A stretch of 64,000 nucleotides of DNA from Methanocaldococcus indicus (GCF_049554935.1 NZ_CP186926.1:288001-352000); one strand, 5' to 3'; counted from the stretch's first letter, positions 10,045-20,661 are shown. Translations and numbers: made by a program. The notes: generated from the sequence alone by a model not told the origin.

Positions 10045-11283
10045 TTGGATAAAATGTTTGATGAACCTGTAAAAGAGATAATGACTAAAGATGTAGTAAC
10101 AATAACACCAGAAACACCAATATCCAAGGCTATTGGGATTATGGATGAAAATAACTTCCACCATTTAATTGTTGTAGATAAAAAAGATGGTAAAGAGGAG
10201 TATTATTTAGTTTCAATGAGAGATTTGTTATTAGCAAGTAATCCAGAGGAAGAAGTTAGAACTTTGATGTACAAAGCTCACTGTATAGATGAAGATACTC
10301 CTGTTCTTGATGCTGTATGTGAGATGGTTGAAAGTGGATTAAGAGCAGTTCCAATAGTTAATAAATATGGAGTATTAGTAGGAATTGTTACTGATTATGA
10401 TATAATGAATAGAGCTTCAAAATCTAAGTTATTAAAAGATATAGAAGTTAAAAAATTGATGACAAGACACCCAATAACAATATATGAATATGAATCAATA
10501 GGTAAGGCAAGAGCTTTAATGAGAGATAACAACATAGGTAGATTGATAGTTTTAGATGAAGAAGGGAAACCAGTAGGGATTGTTACAGAAGAGGATATTT
10601 TAAAGAAGGTATTTAAGCCAAAAAGAAGAATGGGTGCTGGAGACTTAAAAGGGGAAAAAGTCCCAAGAATGGGACAGCCAGTTAAATTAATTATGAGTAC
10701 TCCATTAATCTCTATTGAGCCAGAGGCAAGTGTTGCAGATGCTGCAAGAATGATGAAAGAGTATAGTATTAGAGGACTTCCAGTTATTAAAGGAGATAAA
10801 TTAAGAGGAATAATTACAAGACATGATATAGTCAAATATTTAGCTGATTTAAAGAAAGGAGCAATGATTGAAGTTGAGATTCATGGTGAGTTGGATAAAG
10901 ATGTTGAAGACTTAGCTAAAAGAATTATTGCAACAGAAGTTAAAAAAATGGTTAAACATGCTGGAAAAATACACTGGATAAAAATAAATATTAAGAAAGA
11001 GAGAGACAAAGGGGGAGTTCCTTATTATAAAATAACTACTTATGTTAAAACACCACACAAGTTGTATGTTGGAGAAGCTAAGCCAAAAGGTTCAATACCA
11101 AACAAGTTAGAGGCAGAAGGAGAAGATGTTGGTTATGTTTCCGAGCATGTAAGATGGGAGTTTATTGATATATTAAAAGATTCATTAGACTCTGTATTAA
11201 AACAATTAGAAGCAGACCATGATAGATTAAATCCAAAACATAAAAAAGAAAGACAACCAGAAGAAGGAATAAGAGAAGAATAA
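10045..11283 (+). CDS. Four-CBS-domain protein with a C-terminal HPF/RaiA-like domain
   Basis: Four CBS repeats (IMTKDVVT, VGIVTDYDI, VGIVTEEDI, RGIITRHDI). C-terminal domain from MIEVEIHG to LDSVLKQL. Likely start at the ATG at 10054. Confidence 0.8.
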   Translation: MDKMFDEPVKEIMTKDVVTITPETPISKAIGIMDENNFHHLIVVDKKDGKEEYYLVSMRDLLLASNPEEEVRTLMYKAHCIDEDTPVLDAVCEMVESGLRAVPIVNKYGVLVGIVTDYDIMNRASKSKLLKDIEVKKLMTRHPITIYEYESIGKARALMRDNNIGRLIVLDEEGKPVGIVTEEDILKKVFKPKRRMGAGDLKGEKVPRMGQPVKLIMSTPLISIEPEASVADAARMMKEYSIRGLPVIKGDKLRGIITRHDIVKYLADLKKGAMIEVEIHGELDKDVEDLAKRIIATEVKKMVKHAGKIHWIKINIKKERDKGGVPYYKITTYVKTPHKLYVGEAKPKGSIPNKLEAEGEDVGYVSEHVRWEFIDILKDSLDSVLKQLEADHDRLNPKHKKERQPEEGIREE

Positions 11284-11330
11284 TATCTATATTTTATTTT
11301 TTTATTTTTAAATTTTTAATTTTATAAGTA
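11284..11330 (+). terminator. T-rich archaeal terminator region
   Basis: Several T5-T6 runs directly after the stop codon. Confidence 0.45.
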
Positions 11331-11408
11331 AAACAATATTCATGAGATAAAATTAATTTTCAATTGAAATAATCTATTTTTACTTTAAAAGAAAAATCAA
11401 CTAGAAAA

Positions 11409-12316
11409 ATTTCCATACCGGGACGGTCTTATTTTAACGGAGTGGAAAGAGTCCCCGCTGAGATAAACATAGAACACAAATTTCCATACCGGGACGGTCT
11501 TATTTTAACTTGTTCAAGAATGAATCATATCTATACAGTGAACCTACATTTCCATACCGGGACGGTCTTATTTTAACCTTAGTGTATTGTAATAGGAATT
11601 ATTGATTCATTTAATTTCAATTCCGAGACGGTCTTATTTTAACGATATATCATAAAGTGCCTGTGGTTTATAGAGATGAGAGATTTCAATTCCGAGACGG
11701 TCTTATTTTAACCATCTTGGACACAAATACACTTTTGCCTTCTTAATTTATTTCAATTCCGAGACGGTCTTATTTTAACAAGGATATTGTTTATAAGGAT
11801 TTGTATAAATTATGTGATATATTTCAATTCCGAGACGGTCTTATTTTAACGACACCTTCACATACAAAGAATATGAGATAAAGAAAACATTTCAATTCCG
11901 AGACGGTCTTATTTTAACATTGATGAAGAAGGGGATATTTATTTGTTTTATAGAGATTTCAATTCCGAGACGGTCTTATTTTAACTTTTAACGAAGGAAT
12001 TTTAGATTATGCTGGATTGAGATTGATTTCAATTCCGAGACGGTCTTATTTTAACTTAATGAATAATGTAAAAATTGCAAATCTAACTAATTTCAATTCC
12101 GAGACGGTCTTATTTTAACATAAAATGCTCACTAACATCAAAAATTTTTATTTTATATTTCAATTCCGAGACGGTCTTATTTTAACTTTATATCAAATAA
12201 AAGAAGGGTATAATTGTAATGATTTCAATTCCGAGACGGTCTTATTTTAACTTTTTGTATTTTTTCCATTTTTCAAGTGCTTCAAAATTTCAATTCCGAG
12301 ACGGTCTTATTTTAAC
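11409..12316 (-). CRISPR. CRISPR array: 14 repeats of 30 nt and 13 spacers of 34-41 nt, transcribed from a leader on the right
   Basis: Repeats start at 11409, 11480, 11548, 11614, 11683, 11750, 11821, 11889, 11956, 12026, 12090, 12157, 12222 and 12287. Minus-strand consensus GTTAAAATAAGACCGTCTCGGAATTGAAAT (11 copies); variant GTTAAAATAAGACCGTCCCGGTATGGAAAT (3 trailer copies). Confidence 0.98.
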
Positions 12317-12720
12317 AGGAGGCACATTTTAGATATAATAATATAACGACTTTCTCATATATAAGCTTTTTGGTACTAAAATTTTCGAAGGGTAGGTTTC
12401 CCTATTTATTTATATACCTTCGAACGTTTATAAAAATCTTTCTATTCCCAATTATTCAATTAAAAATTTTTTATATCTAAAAATTAAACCAATTTATCGG
12501 GGATTTTCAAATGTTAAAAGAAATAACCTAAAACACCTAAAAATCTCGTTATATTATTAAATCAAAATATATAAAATACTCAAAATATGGACCCCCTCTG
12601 AATTTTTCTAAAAATCCTTTAAATTGAAAATAACCAACTAAAACCAAATTAAATCAAAAAATAAAGATTTTTAGCGTGATAATTATCATCCAAATATATA
12701 TAACTGTTACTGTAAATTAT
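12317..12720 (-). promoter_or_regulatory. CRISPR leader with BRE/TATA promoter
   Basis: AT-rich, ORF-free stretch of about 400 bp. Minus-strand CCAAAAAGCTTATATATG lies about 40 nt from the first repeat. The distal boundary is approximate. Confidence 0.8.
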
Positions 12721-12751
12721 TATTTTAAAAACTTAATTATGGAGAAAATCC

Positions 12752-13486
12752 ATGTATCAGAAAATAGGAGATATTTTAGTAGTTAAAAGAGATTTATCTC
12801 AAAAAGAGATTGAAACATTAGTAAATAAAACAAAATGCAAAACAATAGTTAGATACACTACACAAATAACAGGAGAATTTAGAACTCCAAATGTAAAAAT
12901 TTTATTTGGTAAAGAAACTGAAACTATACACAAAGAGCATAAATGCTTATTTAAGTTAGATGTTGCTAAAATTATGTGGAGTCAGGGAAATATTAAAGAA
13001 AGGGAAAGAATAGCTAAAATTTCAAATAAAAATGAGATTGTTATTGATATGTTTGCAGGAATTGGTTATTTTTCTATACCTATAGCAAAATACTCACAAC
13101 CTAAAAAAATCTATTCAATTGAAAAAAATCCAATCTCTTTCTATTATTTAACTGAAAATGTAAAATTAAACAAATTAAAAAATGTAGTTCCTATTCTTTC
13201 GGATAATAGAGATGTTGATTTAAAAGGAGATAGAATAATTATGGGATATATACATAAAACCCATAAATTTTTAGATAAGGCTTTTTCATTTTTAAAAGAT
13301 GTTGGTTATATCCACTATCATGAAACTGTTGCTGAAAAAGTCCTTTATAGACCAATAGAAAGGCTAAAATACTATGCAGAAAAGAACAACTATAAATTAG
13401 AATCTTATAATCTAATAAAAGTTAAGAAATATGCTCCAGGAGTTTGGCATGTTGTTGTAGATGCTAAATTCTGTGCATATAGTTAA
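12752..13486 (+). CDS. taw2: tRNA wyosine-pathway aminocarboxypropyltransferase Taw2 (Trm5/Tyw2 family)
   Basis: DVAKIMWSQGNIKERER, DMFAGIGYF, HYHE and KKYAPGVWHVVVD motifs. Confidence 0.85.
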   Translation: MYQKIGDILVVKRDLSQKEIETLVNKTKCKTIVRYTTQITGEFRTPNVKILFGKETETIHKEHKCLFKLDVAKIMWSQGNIKERERIAKISNKNEIVIDMFAGIGYFSIPIAKYSQPKKIYSIEKNPISFYYLTENVKLNKLKNVVPILSDNRDVDLKGDRIIMGYIHKTHKFLDKAFSFLKDVGYIHYHETVAEKVLYRPIERLKYYAEKNNYKLESYNLIKVKKYAPGVWHVVVDAKFCAYS

Positions 13487-13733
13487 AAATATCTTCATGC
13501 TGAACAAAAACCTCAACTCCAAGCTCTTTAGCTTTCTTTTCTAACTCTTTTTTTAAAGATAATAAATCTATCTTGCTATTTGATAAATCTACAATCATAA
13601 TCATAGCAAAGACATCTTGTATGATTGTTTGGCTAATATCTACAATATTGACATTATACTCTGCTAAAACATTGGATATGCCTGCAACTATTCCAGTTTT
13701 ATCTTTTCCTATAACAGATACTACTGCCCTCAT
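13464..13733 (-). CDS. Stand-alone ACT domain protein (UPF0237)
   Basis: VIGKDKTGIVAGIS, NIVDISQT and C-terminal EDIFNYMHRI. Confidence 0.9.
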   Translation of the reverse strand: MRAVVSVIGKDKTGIVAGISNVLAEYNVNIVDISQTIIQDVFAMIMIVDLSNSKIDLLSLKKELEKKAKELGVEVFVQHEDIFNYMHRI

Positions 13734-13745
13734 GATTTCACATTT

Positions 13746-14225
13746 TTAAATTGTTATTATTTTTCCCTGTCTTCTAACTTCAACTTTTCCATCTCTTAGA
13801 TAGAATTTTACTATTCTACTACCAGTCCCTCCTGTATCTTCTCCTTTCAAAGGAATTTTATATTTAGCTAATAACTCCTTAGCCTTTTTAACATTTTTCT
13901 CTCCAATATTTATAGTTGAAGATGTCTTAAACATCTTAGCTCCACCAGCAAGTTTAGCAATTAATTTATGTGGCCTTGCACCTTCAACTGTTAATTTTGT
14001 AATTAAGGCAGGAATTGCTGTATTTACATATCTCCCCGGGTCTCTTGGATTGGTTTCTTTTGTCTCTGGAAGTACTGAATGAGCCATACCTCCAATTTTC
14101 TTTCCAGGGTCATAAAGCATTATAGCTACACATGAGCCAAGAAGTGTTTCTAAAATTTCTGGACTTCTTGCTACTTCTAAACCCCCTATCCTAACTTTTA
14201 TAACCATACACAGACACCCACACAA
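13746..14225 (-). CDS. cheD: Chemoreceptor glutamine deamidase CheD
   Basis: LLGSCVA, GGMAH, AKLAGGAKMF, IGEKN and EDTGG motifs. Real start is probably MVIKV. Confidence 0.93.
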   Translation of the reverse strand: MCGCLCMVIKVRIGGLEVARSPEILETLLGSCVAIMLYDPGKKIGGMAHSVLPETKETNPRDPGRYVNTAIPALITKLTVEGARPHKLIAKLAGGAKMFKTSSTINIGEKNVKKAKELLAKYKIPLKGEDTGGTGSRIVKFYLRDGKVEVRRQGKIITI

Positions 14226-14296
14226 CAGAAAATAAAATAAAATTACTAAATATAAAAAATTATAATGATTTCTTAAAATTAAATTATATAATTTAT

Positions 14297-17143
14297 TTAT
14301 GCATTACTTAAATCTAATATTAAAGCTACTCTACCATCCCCTAAAATAGTAGCTCCTGCCAATCCAGGAATATTTTTAAGTATTCCAGTTAATGACTTAA
14401 CAACAATATCCTCTCTTCCTATAACATCATCTACTACTAATCCCATTTTTCCATCACTTTTTTCTATAACAACAACTGTGAGCTCATTATCATCAGAAGT
14501 CCTTGTAGGTAGGTGGTGCATTCCTAAAAAGTCTTTTAGCCATATCACAGGAATAATCTCATCTCTATATATTATAGTTTTTATTCCTTCAACATTCTTA
14601 ACATCATCTTGTTTAACTGTTGTAACATCTAAAACACTTGTTATAGGAATTGCATAAACTTGATTTGCTAATTTCATTAATAATGCTGTAATAATTGCCA
14701 TTGTTAATGGTAGTTTTAGAACTACTCTTGTACCTTTTCCTTTTTCAGAATATACTACAACACTACCCCCTAAAGATTCAATTTTTGTTTTAACTACATC
14801 CATTCCTACTCCTCTACCTGAAACATCAGAAACTTTTTCAGCTGTAGAGAATCCTGGCATAAATATTAAGTTTATAATTTCATGGTCAGACATTTTTTCT
14901 GCTTCTTCTGGAGTAATTAATCCTCTTTCAATTGCTTTCTTCTTAATCTTTTCAGGGTCTATTCCCCTACCATCATCTTCAACAATAATTAATACATAAT
15001 CTCTTTCTCTTTTTGCTGCTAATCTTAATAGTCCTTTTCTTGGCTTTCCTACTTTTTCTCTTTCTTCTGGTGGTTCTATTCCATGGTCTAATGCATTTCT
15101 AATTAAATGAACTAATGGTTCAGCTAATTCATCTAATACTGTTCTATCTAACTCAATATCAGTACCTTCCATAACAAATTCTACTTCTTTTCCTAAAGCC
15201 TTAGCTAAATCTCTGACCATTCTTGGGAATCTGTTAAATACATAAGAAACAGGAACCATTCTCATGGCCATAACTTCTTCTTGCAACTCATTTATGAGCA
15301 TACTTAGTCTATTAACAGCATTTTGCAACTCTTTTAGTTGATACTTGTTAGCTATCTGTGCAAAGTTTGCTCTTGTTATAACTAACTCTCCTACTAAATT
15401 CATAAGTTTATCTAATTTTTCAATATTAATTCTTATTGTTTTAGTTGTAGGTTTTTTCTCTTCTTTTTTTAGTTGTGGTTTAGGTTGTTGAGCTGCAGGT
15501 TTTTTCTCTTCTTTCTTTTCTTCCTTTTTCACTTCTTCTTTCTTTTCTTCTTCTTTTTTACCTTCTCCAGGTTTATATATTTCAACATCTTTTATTTCAG
15601 GAATATTTAAGACAGTTTCTTTAATATCATCTTCATTATACTCTTCATTTAATTTAATATATACAACAAACTTTGTTCCATTAAATTCTCCATTTTGTAT
15701 TTTTTCTAATGGAGGTATAGTCTTTACAATTTCCCCAAGGTTTTGTAATTCTTTAATAACCATATATGACCTAACAGCTCTTAAAAGACACTCATCATCT
15801 AAATAAACAATAACTTTATATGCATCAGGAACATCTTCCTCTTCTATAATTTCCTCTTCTTTGACTTCTTCCTCAATTTCTTCAATTTCAACATCTACTT
15901 GAGCTATTGCAACATATTCAATCTCTGGAAGACCATCTAAGTGTTTTTTTAACTCATCTAAATCTTTATCAGATAAAAGTAATATTTCAATATATTCAGA
16001 TGGTTTTTCTTTTAACTCTCCCTCAGTAGGTTTTGATACTAAAACTTCTCCTAAACTTCTTGCTCTTGCTAATACAACAGCTAATCTTGCAGCTTTTAAT
16101 TCACATTCATCTTCAACTTTTGCTTTTATATGGTAGAGTTTATATCCTTCATCTAATTTTTGTTTTATTAATTCCCCAAATTCAGATAAATCAAATTGTT
16201 CATGATTTAATTCAACTTCAAACTCTTCCTCTCTAACAATTTCTTTAATTTCTGTTTTACTTTCTTCTTTAATATTTTTTATTTTTTCAATTAATGAATT
16301 TATATCAATCTCATTTAAATCTTTATTCTCCTCTAATAAATTAGCTATCCTCTCTAAAGTATCCATTATTTCCTTTAATACATCTTCAACATTAGGTGTT
16401 AATTTAATTTCTTCATTCTCTATACTTTCAATAAACTCTTTAATTGTATCTAAAAGTGGCTTTAAATTTTCAATATTTAATACTTCACAGATTTTATAGA
16501 AAACATCTAAAGATTTTTTGATACTCTCAATTATTCCTTTTATTTCATTAAAGTCAATTTCTTCCTCAGTAATCTCTATCTTTTCTTTAAATACTTTTTT
16601 AACTTTTACAACACTTTTAGGATTTTTAAATTTAACAACTATTTTTTTTATTTTCTTAGTTGTTTCTGTTTTAGTTTCTTGTTGCTCTTCTACCTTTTCC
16701 TCTTTTTTCTCTTCTTCTTTCTTTTCTTCTTTGATATCTACTTTTCCTTCCAAATATTTTGCCTTTAATCTTTGAATTTCATCAATTATAGCTTGAAAAT
16801 CAACACTTGTTTCATAATTTCCTGATTTCACTTCTTCTAACATTGTTTCTAATGCATCTAAACATTTAAAGAGCATATCAATAATTTCAGAAGTAACTGG
16901 AATTTGCCCATTCCTAATATAATCTAAAATATCTTCCATATGGTGGGTTAATTCAGATATATGAGTTAATCCAACAGTTCTTGCTCCTCCTTTTATAGTA
17001 TGTGCAGACCTAAAAATTTGATTTACTAAATCTAAATTATCAGGATTTTTTTCTAATTCTAATAGACACTCATTAATAGTTTGAATATGTTCTTCTGCCT
17101 CCTCTACAAATACATCTAAATATTCCTCCATAATGTCTGTCAT
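14297..17143 (-). CDS. cheA: Chemotaxis histidine kinase CheA (Hpt, extra helical bundle, two P2, dimerisation, HATPase, CheW)
   Basis: FRSAHTIKG, LDKLMNLVGELV, HLIRNALDHG, DDGRG and GFSTA...SGRGVGMDVV motifs. Confidence 0.97.
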   Translation of the reverse strand: MTDIMEEYLDVFVEEAEEHIQTINECLLELEKNPDNLDLVNQIFRSAHTIKGGARTVGLTHISELTHHMEDILDYIRNGQIPVTSEIIDMLFKCLDALETMLEEVKSGNYETSVDFQAIIDEIQRLKAKYLEGKVDIKEEKKEEEKKEEKVEEQQETKTETTKKIKKIVVKFKNPKSVVKVKKVFKEKIEITEEEIDFNEIKGIIESIKKSLDVFYKICEVLNIENLKPLLDTIKEFIESIENEEIKLTPNVEDVLKEIMDTLERIANLLEENKDLNEIDINSLIEKIKNIKEESKTEIKEIVREEEFEVELNHEQFDLSEFGELIKQKLDEGYKLYHIKAKVEDECELKAARLAVVLARARSLGEVLVSKPTEGELKEKPSEYIEILLLSDKDLDELKKHLDGLPEIEYVAIAQVDVEIEEIEEEVKEEEIIEEEDVPDAYKVIVYLDDECLLRAVRSYMVIKELQNLGEIVKTIPPLEKIQNGEFNGTKFVVYIKLNEEYNEDDIKETVLNIPEIKDVEIYKPGEGKKEEEKKEEVKKEEKKEEKKPAAQQPKPQLKKEEKKPTTKTIRINIEKLDKLMNLVGELVITRANFAQIANKYQLKELQNAVNRLSMLINELQEEVMAMRMVPVSYVFNRFPRMVRDLAKALGKEVEFVMEGTDIELDRTVLDELAEPLVHLIRNALDHGIEPPEEREKVGKPRKGLLRLAAKRERDYVLIIVEDDGRGIDPEKIKKKAIERGLITPEEAEKMSDHEIINLIFMPGFSTAEKVSDVSGRGVGMDVVKTKIESLGGSVVVYSEKGKGTRVVLKLPLTMAIITALLMKLANQVYAIPITSVLDVTTVKQDDVKNVEGIKTIIYRDEIIPVIWLKDFLGMHHLPTRTSDDNELTVVVIEKSDGKMGLVVDDVIGREDIVVKSLTGILKNIPGLAGATILGDGRVALILDLSNA

Positions 17144-17146
17144 ACA

Positions 17147-18259
17147 TTATCCCCCAAGAATTTCTCTACAGAACTTAACAATTGCCTTAGGTATTTCAGA
17201 TGGAGGCAGAACTGCATCAGCTATACCCATTTCAATAACAGCTTTAGGCATACCAAAGACAACACATGTCTCTTTATTTTGAGCTATAATTTTTCCTCCT
17301 TTTTCTTTAATCTTTTTAAATCCATAAGCTCCATCTCTACCAATTCCAGTTAATATAACTCCTACAGCTTTACCACCATAAACATTTGCAACAGAATCAG
17401 CAGTAACATCTACTGCAGGCCTACAACCATTAACTTTAGGCATTTGATTATCTAAGGCAATATATACATTGCTTCCTCTCTTTCTTAATAACATATGATA
17501 ATCTCCAGGAGCTATATACACATATCCAGGTTGTACTCTTTCTCCATGCTCAGCTTCTTTAACATTCAATACAGATACTTGATTTATTCTATCAGCAAAT
17601 AACTTAGTGAATCCTGGAGGCATATGTTGGACTACAAATATTGGGGGCATTTTTTTAGGTAATTTGGATATAATTTCAGTTACAACTGGTGGTCCTCCTG
17701 TAGAGGAACCAATGATAACACACATCTCACTTAGCTTACTTTCAGGGAATGGTAGTTCTTCAACAACTGCTCCAGGAACTTTAGGTTTTTCTTCTGCTGG
17801 TTGTTGCTGAGTTGAAGTTGTAGGTCTTGTTATTGGTCTTCTTCTAACTAATTTAGCTTTTGCAGCTTGTTTAACTTTTTCTATAATCTCTTGTCCTATC
17901 TTTCTAATATCTAATGATATACTTCCAGAAGGTTTAGGAATAAAATCAACAGCTCCAGCTTCTAAAGCTTCAAATGTAACTCTTGAACCTTCTTTTGTTA
18001 GAGCTGAGAGCATTACAATAGGTGTAGGTTTAATTTCCATTATTTTTCTAACTGCCTCTAAACCATTCATTCTTGGCATTTCTACATCCATTGTAATAAC
18101 ATCTGGCTCTAACTTTTTAACTAATTCTATTGCCTCTAAACCATCCTTCGCAGTTCCTACTACTTCAATTTCAGGGTCAGAATTTAATATGTCTGAGATA
18201 ACTTTCCTCATAAATGCTGAATCATCTACTACTAATACTCTAATTTTTTTGCCAGCCAT
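17147..18259 (-). CDS. cheB: Chemotaxis methylesterase CheB
   Basis: Receiver domain VVDDSAFMR...DVEMP; esterase motifs GSSTGGP, VQHMP and GIGRDG. Confidence 0.97.
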   Translation of the reverse strand: MAGKKIRVLVVDDSAFMRKVISDILNSDPEIEVVGTAKDGLEAIELVKKLEPDVITMDVEMPRMNGLEAVRKIMEIKPTPIVMLSALTKEGSRVTFEALEAGAVDFIPKPSGSISLDIRKIGQEIIEKVKQAAKAKLVRRRPITRPTTSTQQQPAEEKPKVPGAVVEELPFPESKLSEMCVIIGSSTGGPPVVTEIISKLPKKMPPIFVVQHMPPGFTKLFADRINQVSVLNVKEAEHGERVQPGYVYIAPGDYHMLLRKRGSNVYIALDNQMPKVNGCRPAVDVTADSVANVYGGKAVGVILTGIGRDGAYGFKKIKEKGGKIIAQNKETCVVFGMPKAVIEMGIADAVLPPSEIPKAIVKFCREILGG

Positions 18260-18727
18260 TTAATAATCCCCTCCTAAATCTATATCTAATAAACTTGATA
18301 TATTTAATAAAATAATTAATCTTTTATCTAACTTAATAATTCCATCTATATACTCTCCTGCAGTTGATTTTTTAATTGAACTAACTGGCGTAATTGTATC
18401 TTTGGATATTTGCATAACATCATTTACTCCATCAACTAAAATTCCAAAAGTTTGATTATTAACCTCAATAACCATAACTAATAACTCTTCTTTATCATCT
18501 AAACTTTCATAATTATCATAAATTCCTAATTTACCTTTTAAATCAATAATTGGAGTAATTTCTCCTCTAATGTTGGTTACTCCAACAATATAACTTGGAG
18601 CATTTGGTAATGGAGTAATATCTCCTTTCTTTAATTTCAAAACTTCCCTAACCTCATCAACTTTTAATCCATATTCGTTTTCCCCTAACTTAAAGACCAC
18701 AATTTTTAATAACTCATCATTACTCAT
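18260..18727 (-). CDS. cheW: Chemotaxis adaptor CheW
   Basis: VVFKLGENEYG, GVTNIRGEITPIIDL and GILVD motifs. Confidence 0.95.
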   Translation of the reverse strand: MSNDELLKIVVFKLGENEYGLKVDEVREVLKLKKGDITPLPNAPSYIVGVTNIRGEITPIIDLKGKLGIYDNYESLDDKEELLVMVIEVNNQTFGILVDGVNDVMQISKDTITPVSSIKKSTAGEYIDGIIKLDKRLIILLNISSLLDIDLGGDY

Positions 18728-18834
18728 ACTTTCTAACCCCTAACTAATTTATAAATCATTGAAAATAATATTTTTGCTGATTAAATATATATGTTATTGT
18801 TTATGTTCTAAATTTTCCTAACTTTGGTGAGTAA

Positions 18835-19809
<975 letters not shown>

Positions 19810-19815
19810 TAGTTA

Positions 19816-20661
19816 ATGATAATCTCAATATTACAAAAAGTTATACCACTAATATTTTTGGGAGTATTTTTATCAAATTTTCTATATTATTCAAATATTA
19901 TATATTTTCTTCAAAAAAAGCTAAATAATAGCTATGTCCCAATATTGTCTGTTTTCTTTTTTAGCTCTACTTCAGGATGCTATTTATTAAAAAATCTTTT
20001 AGAAAAAAAAGAAATAGATAAAAATTTAATTTTACCTCTTTACATATTAGGAATGTTTGTATTTGGTATTCATGTAATTATATTTTATATAATTCCTGTT
20101 GCTATAAGTTTAGGTTATGTGGGATTAGAGTATATAATTATTAGATTTGTTGTTATTTCATCATACTTAATTGTTGGACTAATCTTACTAAGAAAAAATA
20201 ATGTTCCAAAAATAGAACTAAAACCTAAAAAGTTTTCTTTAAAATTAATCTTTAAGGATACTTTCAAGCAATTTTTTAATATAATAATTGTATTTGTCCC
20301 ATCAGTATTAATAATTAGTTATTTAATAGATTTAGGAGTATTTAATCATTTTTTAGGAGACTTTTTAGATAGTATTCTTCCACCAAAAGCAATAATGATT
20401 TCATTAACTGGTTTAGCAACTATTACAGGGGCTTTAGCAGTTGCTGGAAGTTTATTAGAAAAGAAAGTACTTACTAATGATGTAGCATTAATTTCAATAC
20501 TATTAGCAGATTTTTTAAATAGAATAGTTTTATATGTTAGGAAATATCTACCAATACATACCTCAATTTTTGGTAAATTAGGTATAAAATTAGCAACAAT
20601 TCAATTTCTTATATATGAGTTATCTTTATTAACTATATTGGTAATATTCCTTTTATTTTAA
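19816..20661 (+). CDS. Integral membrane protein, possibly of the Gate/nucleoside-recognition family
   Basis: About 8 hydrophobic segments with an apparent internal two-fold repeat; family is tentative. Confidence 0.55.
   Translation: MIISILQKVIPLIFLGVFLSNFLYYSNIIYFLQKKLNNSYVPILSVFFFSSTSGCYLLKNLLEKKEIDKNLILPLYILGMFVFGIHVIIFYIIPVAISLGYVGLEYIIIRFVVISSYLIVGLILLRKNNVPKIELKPKKFSLKLIFKDTFKQFFNIIIVFVPSVLIISYLIDLGVFNHFLGDFLDSILPPKAIMISLTGLATITGALAVAGSLLEKKVLTNDVALISILLADFLNRIVLYVRKYLPIHTSIFGKLGIKLATIQFLIYELSLLTILVIFLLF

Noticed and set aside
11356-11384. Possible degenerate 15th CRISPR repeat (ttttcaattgaaataatctatttttac)
   Set aside because: Only the AT-rich ends match, the GC core is missing and the implied spacer is only about 25 nt, so it was not counted.
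11919-11955. Spacer peptide IDEEGDIYLFYR resembling a phage terminase motif
   Set aside because: Twelve residues are too few to assign a target without a database hit.
15455-15565. Repetitive GAA/AAA-rich DNA in cheA, also at about 16680-16740
   Set aside because: It encodes low-complexity Glu/Lys linkers; not a tandem repeat element.
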